Below, piece after piece: positions 51,589 through 61,030 of a stretch of DNA of 64,000 nucleotides (position 1 is the stretch's first letter; the number at the start of each line of letters is the position of its first letter). The DNA is from a virus. Made by a program: the position numbers and the translations under genes. The DNA is taken from the IMG/VR virus record IMGVR_UViG_3300046167_000888; one strand, 5' to 3'. The notes under the pieces are model-generated. The model worked only from the letters and a program-made list of their open reading frames with translations. It made no database searches and was not told where the DNA came from.

Positions 51589-52776
51589 ATGGCAACAAAC
51601 AGAGATTTGCTAAAGGAAGCTATTGCTGATGCTAAAACCGTTAAGGAAACAGCTATCGCAAACGCTAAACTTGCTCTAGAAGAAGCTTTTACTCCATTCT
51701 TAAAAGATCAATTATCTGCTAAATTGCAGGAAATGGATAAAGATGAGGATGATGTAAAAGAAGAAGTAGAAGCAGTTGAAGAAATGGATGCTCCTAGTTT
51801 TGAAAGAAAAAATTCTCCGGCTGGTGATTCTTTAAAAGATCTTGCGCCAAAAAAAGTAGGTCAATCTACAGTGCAAGAAGATAAAAAAGAAGAATTAGAT
51901 GAGGAAGAAATTAATCTTGATGAACTATTAGCAGAGCTTGAAGATTCTAAAGAAATTGACGAAGCAAAAAAGGACGACGACAAGGAAGACGTTAAAGAAG
52001 ACGCTAGAACTGACGCCGAAGAAGAAGGCTACGAAGATGGAATGAAGGACGAAAAAGAAGACATGGAAGACGAGGAAATTGACCTTGAAGATATGTCAGA
52101 AGACGACCTTAAAGGATTTATCGAGGATGTCATTAAAGACATGGTCGCAGCTGGAGAAATCGAGCCTGGCGATGAATTCGTAGAAGACGAAGTTGAAGTT
52201 GAAGACGTTGAAGACGTAGAAGTTGAAGACGACGTAGACGTAGACATTGAAATCGACGAAGCTAAGAAAAAAGAAGGTGAAGAAGTAAAAGAAGCAAAAG
52301 AAGAAGAAAAAGTAGACGAAGGCTACAGTAACAAAGACGGAGATAAAGATGATTCCCCAACTGAGAAAAAATCTCAAAAAGGAAGATTTGCTAAAAACGG
52401 AGATGTTTCTGAAGAATTAGAAACTGCTTTAGCTGAAATTAACTCATTGAAAGATGAATTAAATGAAGTTAACTTACTAAATGCTAAATTACTTTACACT
52501 AATAAAATTTTCAAAGCGAAAAACTTAAACGAAAGTAAAAAAATCAAAGTGTTAAAAGCATTTGACAAAGCGAAAAACGTTGAACAAGCAAAAACTATTT
52601 TCGAAACATTGAATGAAGGAATTACATCAAGTGTAACTACTCCAACAATCAATGAATCAGTTAAAAAAGGTGCTGCTTCAAAAGCTAGTGGTTTAGAACC
52701 AAAAGCAACAAAACAACCAATTATCGAGTCTAATGATGTTTATAACAGAATGAGAAAACTTGCTGGGTTATTGTAA
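51589..52776 (+). CDS. Prohead scaffold protein
   Basis: Very acidic coiled-coil protein between protease and capsid gene; LNEVNLLNAKLLYTNK; C-terminal RMRKLAGL. Confidence 0.8.
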   Translation: MATNRDLLKEAIADAKTVKETAIANAKLALEEAFTPFLKDQLSAKLQEMDKDEDDVKEEVEAVEEMDAPSFERKNSPAGDSLKDLAPKKVGQSTVQEDKKEELDEEEINLDELLAELEDSKEIDEAKKDDDKEDVKEDARTDAEEEGYEDGMKDEKEDMEDEEIDLEDMSEDDLKGFIEDVIKDMVAAGEIEPGDEFVEDEVEVEDVEDVEVEDDVDVDIEIDEAKKKEGEEVKEAKEEEKVDEGYSNKDGDKDDSPTEKKSQKGRFAKNGDVSEELETALAEINSLKDELNEVNLLNAKLLYTNKIFKAKNLNESKKIKVLKAFDKAKNVEQAKTIFETLNEGITSSVTTPTINESVKKGAASKASGLEPKATKQPIIESNDVYNRMRKLAGLL

Positions 52777-52811
52777 AATTAAATTAAATTAAACTTTTAA
52801 AAATTATTAAA

Positions 52812-54470
52812 ATGAGCTTAAATTCACTATTAGAAAGTGCTAACACTTACCAAAACATGCAGTCAGATGCAGCAAGGTTAGCAGGAAAATGGGAAAAAAC
52901 AGGTCTTTTAGAAGGTTTAGATGGTGCACACAAATCAAACATGGGTATTATCTTAGAAAACCAAGCTAAACAACTTGTAGTTGAGTCTTCACAAACTGGT
53001 GGAGGTGCTGCTTCAAGTGGTACTTTTAGTTCACAAACACAGGTTAACATCGGTGGTCAGTGGGCAGGAGTTGCTTTACCTTTGGTAAGAAAAGTATTTG
53101 GTCAAATCGCAGCAAAAGAATTTGTTAGCGTTCAACCAATGAACTTACCTTCAGGTCTAGTATTTTTCTTAGACTTCCAATACGGAAGCGACAAATCACC
53201 ATTCTCAAGTGGTTCTTCTTTATACGGTAACAGTATAGGTGGAAACAACTTCGGGAACGACAGCGAAGGTGGTTTATACGGATCAGGTAGATTCGGATAT
53301 TCAATTAACAACACACAGTCTATTTATTCTACATCATCTGCTGTAGCTACTGCTACTTTAGCTGATATGGATTATGACTCTGCTTATTCTTCAAGTTCAG
53401 GATTCCCTACATTTGATAAAGTAAGTGTACCAGTAGCATCACTAGACTTCTTAGATAAAGAAGGTGTTAATGCTTTCCAATTCGGTACAGGATCTTTAGA
53501 TTTTATCGCGAATTCACTTGTTGGTAACCAATTGTCTCAATTCACTAAGTGGGATGAAGATGCACAAGTTGTTAACTTTATCGTAAGTAAATCATTTGGT
53601 GTAGCAGTTGATGATACAAACACTGTTTGTTACCAACTACAACCAACTGATAGATACAGAGGTGATTTTGAAGATGGAAACCCAGAGCCAAACAGCTTGA
53701 ACTCTCCATCAATCTCAATCCCAGAAATCAACGTACAGATGAAATCATCTGCTATCGTTGCTAAAACTAGAAAATTGAAAGCTGTATGGACGCCAGAATT
53801 CGCACAGGATTTAAATGCATACCATGCATTAGATGCTGAAGCGGAATTGACTTCTATCTTAAGTGAGTACATTTCACTAGAAATTGATTTAGAGATCTTA
53901 GATATGTTGATCAGTGGCGCTGCTGCTGGAAACGAAGTATGGTCAGCTGAAAACAACGTTAGTGTTACTAGCGCTGCAGGTGCTCAGAAAAACTTAGGAT
54001 TCTACAACTCTCAAGGACAGTGGTTCCAAACATTAGGAACTAAAATCCAAAAATTAAGTAACATCATTCACCAGAAGACTTTAAGAGGTGGAGCAAACTT
54101 CCTAGTATGTTCTCCTTCTGTAGGTACTATCCTAGAATCTATTCCAGGATTTGCTGCTGATACTGATGGCGATGCTGCAAAAGCAACTTATGCATTTGGT
54201 GTTCAGAAAGTTGGTTCATTAAACGGAAGATATAAAGTTTACAAGAACCCTTACATGAAATCTAACGTAATGTTGTTAGGATTCAGAGGATCTCAATTCT
54301 TGGAAACTGGTGCTGTATTTGCTCCATATATTCCATTAATCATGACTCCACTAGTATACGATCCAAATACCTTTACACCAAGAAAAGGTCTATTGACTCG
54401 TTACGCTAAGAAGATGGTTAGACCAGAATTCTACGGAACAATTGATATCGCAGGTTTAAACACTCTATAA
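52812..54470 (+). CDS. Major capsid protein (T4 gp23-like)
   Basis: KWEKTGLLEG, ENQAK, VSVQPMNLPSGLVF, AKTRKLKAVWTPEFAQDLNAYH, APYIPL, TRYA. Confidence 0.95.
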   Translation: MSLNSLLESANTYQNMQSDAARLAGKWEKTGLLEGLDGAHKSNMGIILENQAKQLVVESSQTGGGAASSGTFSSQTQVNIGGQWAGVALPLVRKVFGQIAAKEFVSVQPMNLPSGLVFFLDFQYGSDKSPFSSGSSLYGNSIGGNNFGNDSEGGLYGSGRFGYSINNTQSIYSTSSAVATATLADMDYDSAYSSSSGFPTFDKVSVPVASLDFLDKEGVNAFQFGTGSLDFIANSLVGNQLSQFTKWDEDAQVVNFIVSKSFGVAVDDTNTVCYQLQPTDRYRGDFEDGNPEPNSLNSPSISIPEINVQMKSSAIVAKTRKLKAVWTPEFAQDLNAYHALDAEAELTSILSEYISLEIDLEILDMLISGAAAGNEVWSAENNVSVTSAAGAQKNLGFYNSQGQWFQTLGTKIQKLSNIIHQKTLRGGANFLVCSPSVGTILESIPGFAADTDGDAAKATYAFGVQKVGSLNGRYKVYKNPYMKSNVMLLGFRGSQFLETGAVFAPYIPLIMTPLVYDPNTFTPRKGLLTRYAKKMVRPEFYGTIDIAGLNTL

Positions 54471-54499
54471 TGAGTAATTAACCAAGATAAATAGAAATT

Positions 54500-54529
54500 A
54501 GGCCGAACGTTAGTTCGGCCTTTTTTTTT
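54500..54529 (+). terminator. Intrinsic terminator after the capsid gene
   Basis: aggccgaac-gtta-gttcggcct followed by a T run. Confidence 0.9.
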
Positions 54530-54555
54530 CATATTTATAATAAAATAGTTTAGAT

Positions 54556-55737
54556 ATGAACATACCAATTTATGATGGTTGCCCTAAATGGGTAGATAGT
54601 GCGGTACCATTCGGTTTTTATAATTCGGATAATGAGTTTACAACCGACGCAGTAAAAGTAGCTAAATTTTGTGCTGCTAGATTAGGTTATCCTTTAGTAG
54701 ATATCGAATTACAATCTGGATCATTTTTTACTGCTTTTGAAGAGGCTGTGACAACGTATGGTAACGAATTATACGCGTATAAAATACGAGATAATCAATT
54801 GTCACTCGAGGGATTAACCACTGGGTCAAGCTTAAATCAAGCGCTTATAACACCGAGTTTTGAACCAATAGTTAGATTAACTGAACAATATGGTGAAGAA
54901 GCAGGCAGTGGAGGTAATGTGCCTTATTATTCAGGATCATTCCATTTAACATCAAGCCAACAAGATTATTCATTTCAAACTTTTATGACCCAAAGTGGTT
55001 ATACTGGTTCTGAATATCAACATGGAATTGAAGTTAAAAGAGTATTTTATCAAGAACCTTACCCAGCATCCTCACGTTATTTAGATCCTTATAATGGATT
55101 TGGATTTGGTGGTGTATTAGCTGCTGGAGTAGCAGGTATAGGTGGATTTGGAGATGGTTTAGGATATTTAATGGCCCCTTTAAATTATGATTTACAGGTA
55201 ATACAACAAATAGAAATGAATCAAATGATTAGAATGAATAACTATTCATTTGAAATCAGAGCAGATAAATTAAGAATATTCCCTATTCCAAACTTTAATA
55301 ATATTCCTTCTGGGTCAACAGGACCTCAAATATGGTTTGAATATATTTTAAGAGAAGAAAGAATAAATACATCTGTTAGTCAAGAACGAGATAAAGTTAC
55401 AAATGTATCAAATGCTCCATATGAAAACCCAACATACGAATTTATTAATTCAGTAGGTAGACAATGGATATTTGAGTATACACTAGCATTAGCAAAAGAA
55501 ATGTTAGGTTACGTAAGAGGTAAATATAGTACTATACCTATTCCTAACGCAGATGTAACACTTAATCAATCAGATTTAATAGCAGCAGCTACAGCTGAAA
55601 AAACTGCTTTAATAGAAAGATTAAGAACATATTTTGATGAAACATCTAGAATGGCTTCTTTAGAAAGAAGAGCAAATGAAGCAGATTCTAAAATGAAGGA
55701 ATTACAACAAGTCCCTTGGACTATTTTTATAGGATAA
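54556..55737 (+). CDS. Neck/head-tail adaptor protein (T4 gp13-like)
   Basis: RLGYPLVDIEL, WIFEYTLALAKEMLGYVRGKY, VTLN; position after the capsid gene. Confidence 0.7.
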   Translation: MNIPIYDGCPKWVDSAVPFGFYNSDNEFTTDAVKVAKFCAARLGYPLVDIELQSGSFFTAFEEAVTTYGNELYAYKIRDNQLSLEGLTTGSSLNQALITPSFEPIVRLTEQYGEEAGSGGNVPYYSGSFHLTSSQQDYSFQTFMTQSGYTGSEYQHGIEVKRVFYQEPYPASSRYLDPYNGFGFGGVLAAGVAGIGGFGDGLGYLMAPLNYDLQVIQQIEMNQMIRMNNYSFEIRADKLRIFPIPNFNNIPSGSTGPQIWFEYILREERINTSVSQERDKVTNVSNAPYENPTYEFINSVGRQWIFEYTLALAKEMLGYVRGKYSTIPIPNADVTLNQSDLIAAATAEKTALIERLRTYFDETSRMASLERRANEADSKMKELQQVPWTIFIG

Positions 55738-55738
55738 T

Positions 55739-56269
55739 ATGGCAATGTATACTGGAATCAGAGATTGGTCTCTGATGCGACATTTAAATAGAGAGGTTAT
55801 GGGTAATATTATTACTCAGCAATGTGCTATTTACCAATTTAGATTAGAAGAAACTAAAGTTAATATCTATGGCGAAGCCGCTGAAGAAAAATATTATGAT
55901 GGTCCTTTTCTATTTAATGTTTTAATGGATAGAGGTGATCAAGACTTTTCTTTAAATAATGAGGGTGTACAATTTGATCAAAGTATTAATTTTTACTTCC
56001 TAAGAGATGATTTAGTTGAAAAAGACGTGGTGCCTCGAGTAGGAGATATTATATTATTCGAAGAAGGGTACTATGGAGTTCAAAGTACAATTGCTAACCA
56101 ATATTGGGGAGGTAAAAATCCTGAATATCCTAATAATGATTCTGATGGAACACCAAACCCATTGAATCCAGGATTAGAAAAATTTGGTAATAATGTTTCA
56201 ATATTAGTATCGACATATTATATACCAGCAGATAAAGTAGCAATTTCTCCTAATATAGAAAGAATGTAA
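55739..56269 (+). CDS. Neck/head-closure protein (T4 gp14-like)
   Basis: NIYGEA, PRVGDIILF; synteny. Confidence 0.6.
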   Translation: MAMYTGIRDWSLMRHLNREVMGNIITQQCAIYQFRLEETKVNIYGEAAEEKYYDGPFLFNVLMDRGDQDFSLNNEGVQFDQSINFYFLRDDLVEKDVVPRVGDIILFEEGYYGVQSTIANQYWGGKNPEYPNNDSDGTPNPLNPGLEKFGNNVSILVSTYYIPADKVAISPNIERM

Positions 56270-57216
56270 TGGCAAAACCAAGAAAACCAATACCAAAATA
56301 TCAATTAACCTTAAGTGAAGGCAAACATCGTGCTTTTGAAGGTTTTGAAGATAGAGGGATTCAAACTAATCCTAATGATGCTAATATACCAGTTAATCCA
56401 AATTATCAAGATACAGGTATAGCTATTAATAGATCTGCTCAAATGAGTATGAAAGGTGATTCTAGTAAACAATATTCTATTGGTATTAAAGATATTGATG
56501 AAGCTATATTTTATTATTTTATAAATCAAATAAAACCTTTTGTATACCAAAATGGTCAACGTAGAGAAGTACCTGTAATTTATGGTGCTCCTGAAAGATG
56601 GAAATCATTTCAACGTGATGGGTATTATAGAGATAAAAAAGGTGCAATTATGTTACCTATTATTGTAATTAAAAGGGACTCAATAGCTAAAGATAGAACA
56701 GTAGCAAATAAATTAGATGCTAACCAACCTAACTTATATGGTAAATGGTCTAAACAATATAGCCCAAAGAATTTTTATAGTAATTTTGCTACATTAAATA
56801 ATAGAAAACCTGTAGAAAAATTTCATGTAGTAGCTCAACCTGATTATGTAACTATGGAATATAGCTGTATAATTCAGACATATTATATGGAGCAATTAAA
56901 TAAAGTAATAGAAGCATGTGAATACGCTTCAGATGCTTATTGGGGAATGCCTGAAAGATTTCAATTTAGAGCATTTATAGATACATTTACTACAGCAACT
57001 GAATTAACTCAAGGTAAAGATAGATTAGTTACTGGTACTTTTAATATTAGATTAAGAGGATACATACTACCAGATACAATACAAAAAGAATTAAATGCTA
57101 CTAAAGTATATAATTCAAAAGCTAAAATTACTATTAACGCAGAAGCAGTTAGTGATATAGAGGATGCAGGTCAACCATTAAAAAACCCAACTGACGATCA
57201 TAGAAAAAGAAGTTAG
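56269..57216 (+). CDS. Tail terminator/sheath stabiliser (T4 gp15-like)
   Basis: VPVIYGAPERW, LPIIVI, QLNKVIE; synteny. Confidence 0.6.
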   Translation: MAKPRKPIPKYQLTLSEGKHRAFEGFEDRGIQTNPNDANIPVNPNYQDTGIAINRSAQMSMKGDSSKQYSIGIKDIDEAIFYYFINQIKPFVYQNGQRREVPVIYGAPERWKSFQRDGYYRDKKGAIMLPIIVIKRDSIAKDRTVANKLDANQPNLYGKWSKQYSPKNFYSNFATLNNRKPVEKFHVVAQPDYVTMEYSCIIQTYYMEQLNKVIEACEYASDAYWGMPERFQFRAFIDTFTTATELTQGKDRLVTGTFNIRLRGYILPDTIQKELNATKVYNSKAKITINAEAVSDIEDAGQPLKNPTDDHRKRS

Positions 57217-57281
57217 AAATATTTACAATAAATGTATTTTTCTAATTACTTATATATATTTATAATAAACATTTACAAATT

Positions 57282-57536
57282 ATGAAATTAGTGAAAAAGT
57301 TATCAAAAGAAGAAGTTGCAACTTTAACAGAATATCAATTAGAAACCAATAAATTAGTTGGTTCAATAGGACAAATTGAATTACAACTAGATTTATTAAA
57401 AGAGAATAAAGCAAAAATATTAAGCGATTTCAAAATACTATCAGAAAAACAACAAAAAACTGCTAAAGAAATGCAGGAAAAGTATGGTGATGGTAATCTT
57501 GATTTAGAAAAAGAGGAATTTATACCACTAAAATAG
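57282..57536 (+). CDS. Small coiled-coil protein
   Basis: GQIELQ...EKYGDGNLDLE; own late motif at 57256. Confidence 0.6.
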   Translation: MKLVKKLSKEEVATLTEYQLETNKLVGSIGQIELQLDLLKENKAKILSDFKILSEKQQKTAKEMQEKYGDGNLDLEKEEFIPLK

Positions 57537-57594
57537 TTTTTTGAGGTAATTCTTAATATTTATAATAAAATAAACAATTATAATAACATAAGCA

Positions 57595-59358
57595 ATGGCA
57601 GAAACATTAATATCTCCAGGTGTATTAGCAAGAGAAAATGATCAGTCGTTTATTGGTGCAAGACCAGTTACGTTTGGCGCTGCAATAATTGGAGCAGCAG
57701 TTAAAGGACCAGTCAATATCCCAACAGCGGTATCTACATTTTCACAATATGAAGCTATTTTTGGTGGAGCAGTAGAAAGCGGTTCCCAATACTACACTTA
57801 TTTAAACTCAATAGCAGCAAGAAATTACTTTGCAAATGGTGGTGAATCATTATTAGTAACAAGAGTCGTTACAGGTTCATTTACTTCAGCATTTACTTCA
57901 GGTAGTGCCGCAGGACCAAATCAAAGTGGTATTATGGCTAATGCTTGGCAAGACAACGCAGCTACTCAGTATCAAAAACAATCTTTTGTATTAAAAACTA
58001 TTTCTGAAGGGGAACTTATGAACAGTTTCAGCCCAGTAACAGCTAATGGTTCTCTACCAAGTGGATCAGCTGATAACTTAAGATGGGAAATAGCTACAAC
58101 AAATACATCATCTGGACAATTTTCATTACTAATTAGAAGAGGTAATGATATTAACAACCAAAAAGCAATATTAGAGACTTACAATAATCTTTCAATGGAT
58201 CCAACAGCACCTAACTATATAGGTAAAGTAATTGGAGACACATACTTTACAGTAGAAAGTGATGGACCAGATTATTATGTAAAAACAAATGGTAATTACC
58301 CACGTAGAAGTGCTTATGTTTATGTAGAAAGCGTTGGTACACCAACACCTCAATATTTCAATAATGATGGTTCAGTAAAACCACAATTTACAGGAAGTTT
58401 ACCATTAGTAGGATCAGGTTCATTTGCAGCCGCTACAGGTAAAAATATTGAAAACAATGATGCTAAATTTAATGAAAATATCACTGCAGCAAACATTCAA
58501 GGAATTGCACCAGCAGGATATACTCAAACAATTGCATTATTAAATAATAAAGATGATTATCAATTTAATGTAATATCTGCTCCTGGATTAAATGGAGTTG
58601 ATCATGGTATTCAAGTTAATTCTTTAGTAGCATTAGCTCAAAACAGAACAGATTGCCTTGCAGTAATTGATTTAATAGGATATAATTCATCAGTTAACCA
58701 AGTAACAACACAAGCTTCTTCATATGACACTTCATATGCCGCTGCTTACTGGCCATGGTTACAAACGATCGACGCGGTTACTGGACAAACAGTTTGGGCG
58801 CCAGCTTCAACGTATATCCCCGCAGTATATGCATTTACAGACGCATCAGCTGACCCATGGTTCGCACCAGCAGGTTTAGTTAGAGGTGCTTTAGGAAGTG
58901 TAGTAAGAGCAGAAAGAAAATTAACATCAGGAAACAGAGATACTTTATATGAAGCAAATGTTAACCCAATAGCTACATTCCCAGGAAGTGGAGTTGTAGT
59001 ATTTGGACAGAAAACATTACAGAAAAGAGCAAGTGCTTTAGATAGAGTAAATGTACGTAGATTATTAATAGCACTAAAATCTTATATTGTACAAGTATCA
59101 GATGGTTTAGTATTTGAACAAAATACAAACTCAACAAGAAATAACTTCTTGGCACAAGTTAACCCATACTTAGAATCAGTACAACAAAGACAAGGATTAT
59201 ACGCGTTTAAAGTAGTAATGGATGCTTCCAATAATACACCAGACGTAATCGATAGAAATGAGCTAGTAGGCCAAATTTACTTACAACCAACTAAAACAGC
59301 GGAATTTGTAATTCTAGATTTCAACGTTTTACCAACTGGAGCAACATTTCCTGAATAA
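57595..59358 (+). CDS. Contractile tail sheath protein (T4 gp18-like)
   Basis: ISPGVLAREND, YWPW, WFAPAG, GQKTL, DRVNVRRLL, FEQN, PTKTAEFV. Confidence 0.95.
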   Translation: MAETLISPGVLARENDQSFIGARPVTFGAAIIGAAVKGPVNIPTAVSTFSQYEAIFGGAVESGSQYYTYLNSIAARNYFANGGESLLVTRVVTGSFTSAFTSGSAAGPNQSGIMANAWQDNAATQYQKQSFVLKTISEGELMNSFSPVTANGSLPSGSADNLRWEIATTNTSSGQFSLLIRRGNDINNQKAILETYNNLSMDPTAPNYIGKVIGDTYFTVESDGPDYYVKTNGNYPRRSAYVYVESVGTPTPQYFNNDGSVKPQFTGSLPLVGSGSFAAATGKNIENNDAKFNENITAANIQGIAPAGYTQTIALLNNKDDYQFNVISAPGLNGVDHGIQVNSLVALAQNRTDCLAVIDLIGYNSSVNQVTTQASSYDTSYAAAYWPWLQTIDAVTGQTVWAPASTYIPAVYAFTDASADPWFAPAGLVRGALGSVVRAERKLTSGNRDTLYEANVNPIATFPGSGVVVFGQKTLQKRASALDRVNVRRLLIALKSYIVQVSDGLVFEQNTNSTRNNFLAQVNPYLESVQQRQGLYAFKVVMDASNNTPDVIDRNELVGQIYLQPTKTAEFVILDFNVLPTGATFPE

Positions 59359-59397
59359 AAACAAAAGAATAGAATATTTATAATAAAATAAACAACA

Positions 59398-59886
59398 ATG
59401 GCAGTATTAGACCCGAACGAAATATTTTATACAGCATTTGAACCAAAGCAACAAAATAGGTTTATCCTATACGTTGACGGGATTCCTTCATACCAAATTA
59501 AAGGTATGGGAGCTGTTTCATTAACTCAAGGTACAGTTCAATTAAACCACATTAACGTTGCAAGATATGTTAAAGGTAAAACACTTTGGAATACGATTCA
59601 AATGACACTATTTGATCCAATTACTCCAAGTGGTGCACAAGCTGTAATGGAATGGGTTAGATTACACCACGAATCAGTAACAGGTAGAGACGGATATAGT
59701 GATTTCTATAAAAAAGATTTAACTATGAACGTATTAGGACCTGTAGGTGATATCGTTTCAGAATGGATCATTAAAGGAGCTTTAATTACAGAAGCTAACT
59801 TTGGAGATTACAACTGGGATAATGAAAACGCTGCTCAGGAATTACAAGTAACAGTTCAACCAGATTACTGTATACTAAATTTCTAA
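59398..59886 (+). CDS. Tail tube protein
   Basis: FEPKQQNRF, YKKD, GPVGDIVSEWIIKGA; follows the sheath. Confidence 0.85.
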   Translation: MAVLDPNEIFYTAFEPKQQNRFILYVDGIPSYQIKGMGAVSLTQGTVQLNHINVARYVKGKTLWNTIQMTLFDPITPSGAQAVMEWVRLHHESVTGRDGYSDFYKKDLTMNVLGPVGDIVSEWIIKGALITEANFGDYNWDNENAAQELQVTVQPDYCILNF

Positions 59887-59916
59887 AAATATTTACCCCT
59901 CCTTTTTATAAAAATT

Positions 59917-59942
59917 GCTTGGCTTACGCCAAGCTTTTTTTT
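59917..59942 (+). terminator. Intrinsic terminator after the tail tube gene
   Basis: gcttggc-ttac-gccaagc plus T8. Confidence 0.85.
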
Positions 59943-59985
59943 ATATTGTATATGTATAATAAACGTTATTAATTAAATAAAGTAT

Positions 59986-60717
59986 ATGAGCGAATATAAA
60001 TTCCCGACCGAAGAGGTAGAATTGCCATCAAAAGGTCTAATCTATGCAAAAGACAATCCATTATCTAGTGGTAAAGTAGAAATTAAATATATGACTGCTA
60101 AGGAAGAAGATATTCTTTCTAATCAATCTTATATTCAAAAAGGTACAGTACTTGATAAATTATTAAGATCTGTAATTGTAAATAAGGATATTAACACTGA
60201 TGATTTAATTGTAGGTGATAAAAATGCTTTATTAATTGCTACTCGTATTTTAGGATATGGTAAGGATTATGATATTATAGTAAAAGGACAAAATTATACT
60301 CTTGACATGACTACTCTAGAAAATAGAGAAATTGATGAAAGTATATTTGAAGCAGGTAAAAATGAATTTACTTTTACAACTCCTTCTACAGGCACAGTAT
60401 TAACATATCAAATTTCTACAGGTAGAATTGAAAAACAAGTTGAAAGAGAAATAGCCGGACTTAAAAAATTAAAAAAAGAAGATACAGCTGATTTAACTAC
60501 AAGATTAAAACATTTAATTACATCGGTTGATGGTAGCTCAGAAAAAAAAGACATTAGAGAATTTGTAGATAATAGATTTTTAGCTAGAGATTCTAGAGCA
60601 TTCAGAGATCATATCCAAACAACTCAACCAGATGTAAATTTATCCTATATTTTGGATAATGGAGAGGAGGTAGTAGTCCCTATAGGACTTAACTTTTTTT
60701 GGCCTGACTACAGCTAA
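59986..60717 (+). CDS. Baseplate hub/tail assembly chaperone (T4 gp26-like)
   Basis: VELPSKG, MTAKEEDIL, RILGYG, C-terminal NFFWP. Confidence 0.7.
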   Translation: MSEYKFPTEEVELPSKGLIYAKDNPLSSGKVEIKYMTAKEEDILSNQSYIQKGTVLDKLLRSVIVNKDINTDDLIVGDKNALLIATRILGYGKDYDIIVKGQNYTLDMTTLENREIDESIFEAGKNEFTFTTPSTGTVLTYQISTGRIEKQVEREIAGLKKLKKEDTADLTTRLKHLITSVDGSSEKKDIREFVDNRFLARDSRAFRDHIQTTQPDVNLSYILDNGEEVVVPIGLNFFWPDYS

Positions 60718-60748
60718 TGCCCCTCAATTTAGGTTAAATTTATTTCAA

Positions 60749-61006
60749 ATGATCCATCAAATTGTCTTTCATGGCAAAGGTGGATATGATTTTAAAGCAG
60801 TATATGACTTACCTATTTGGTTAAGAAAATACATTTACAAAGAAATTACCGACTTTTATTCTGAAGAAAAAAAGGCATATGAAAATGCAAAAAGTGGAGG
60901 AAAAGGTAAAGGCAACAAAACCCTTGTCTCGGCAGATGGTAAAGTAAACACACCTGCCTTTGCTCAAGCATCTAAAGCATACAAAGGTAAAACAAGTTAT
61001 AAGTAA
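60749..61006 (+). CDS. Second tail assembly chaperone ORF (possibly expressed by frameshift from the upstream gene)
   Basis: Frame open from 60686; VYDLPIWLRK motif; directly before the tape measure gene. Confidence 0.6.
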   Translation: MIHQIVFHGKGGYDFKAVYDLPIWLRKYIYKEITDFYSEEKKAYENAKSGGKGKGNKTLVSADGKVNTPAFAQASKAYKGKTSYK

Positions 61007-61030
61007 TAATATTTATAATAAAATATCTAC

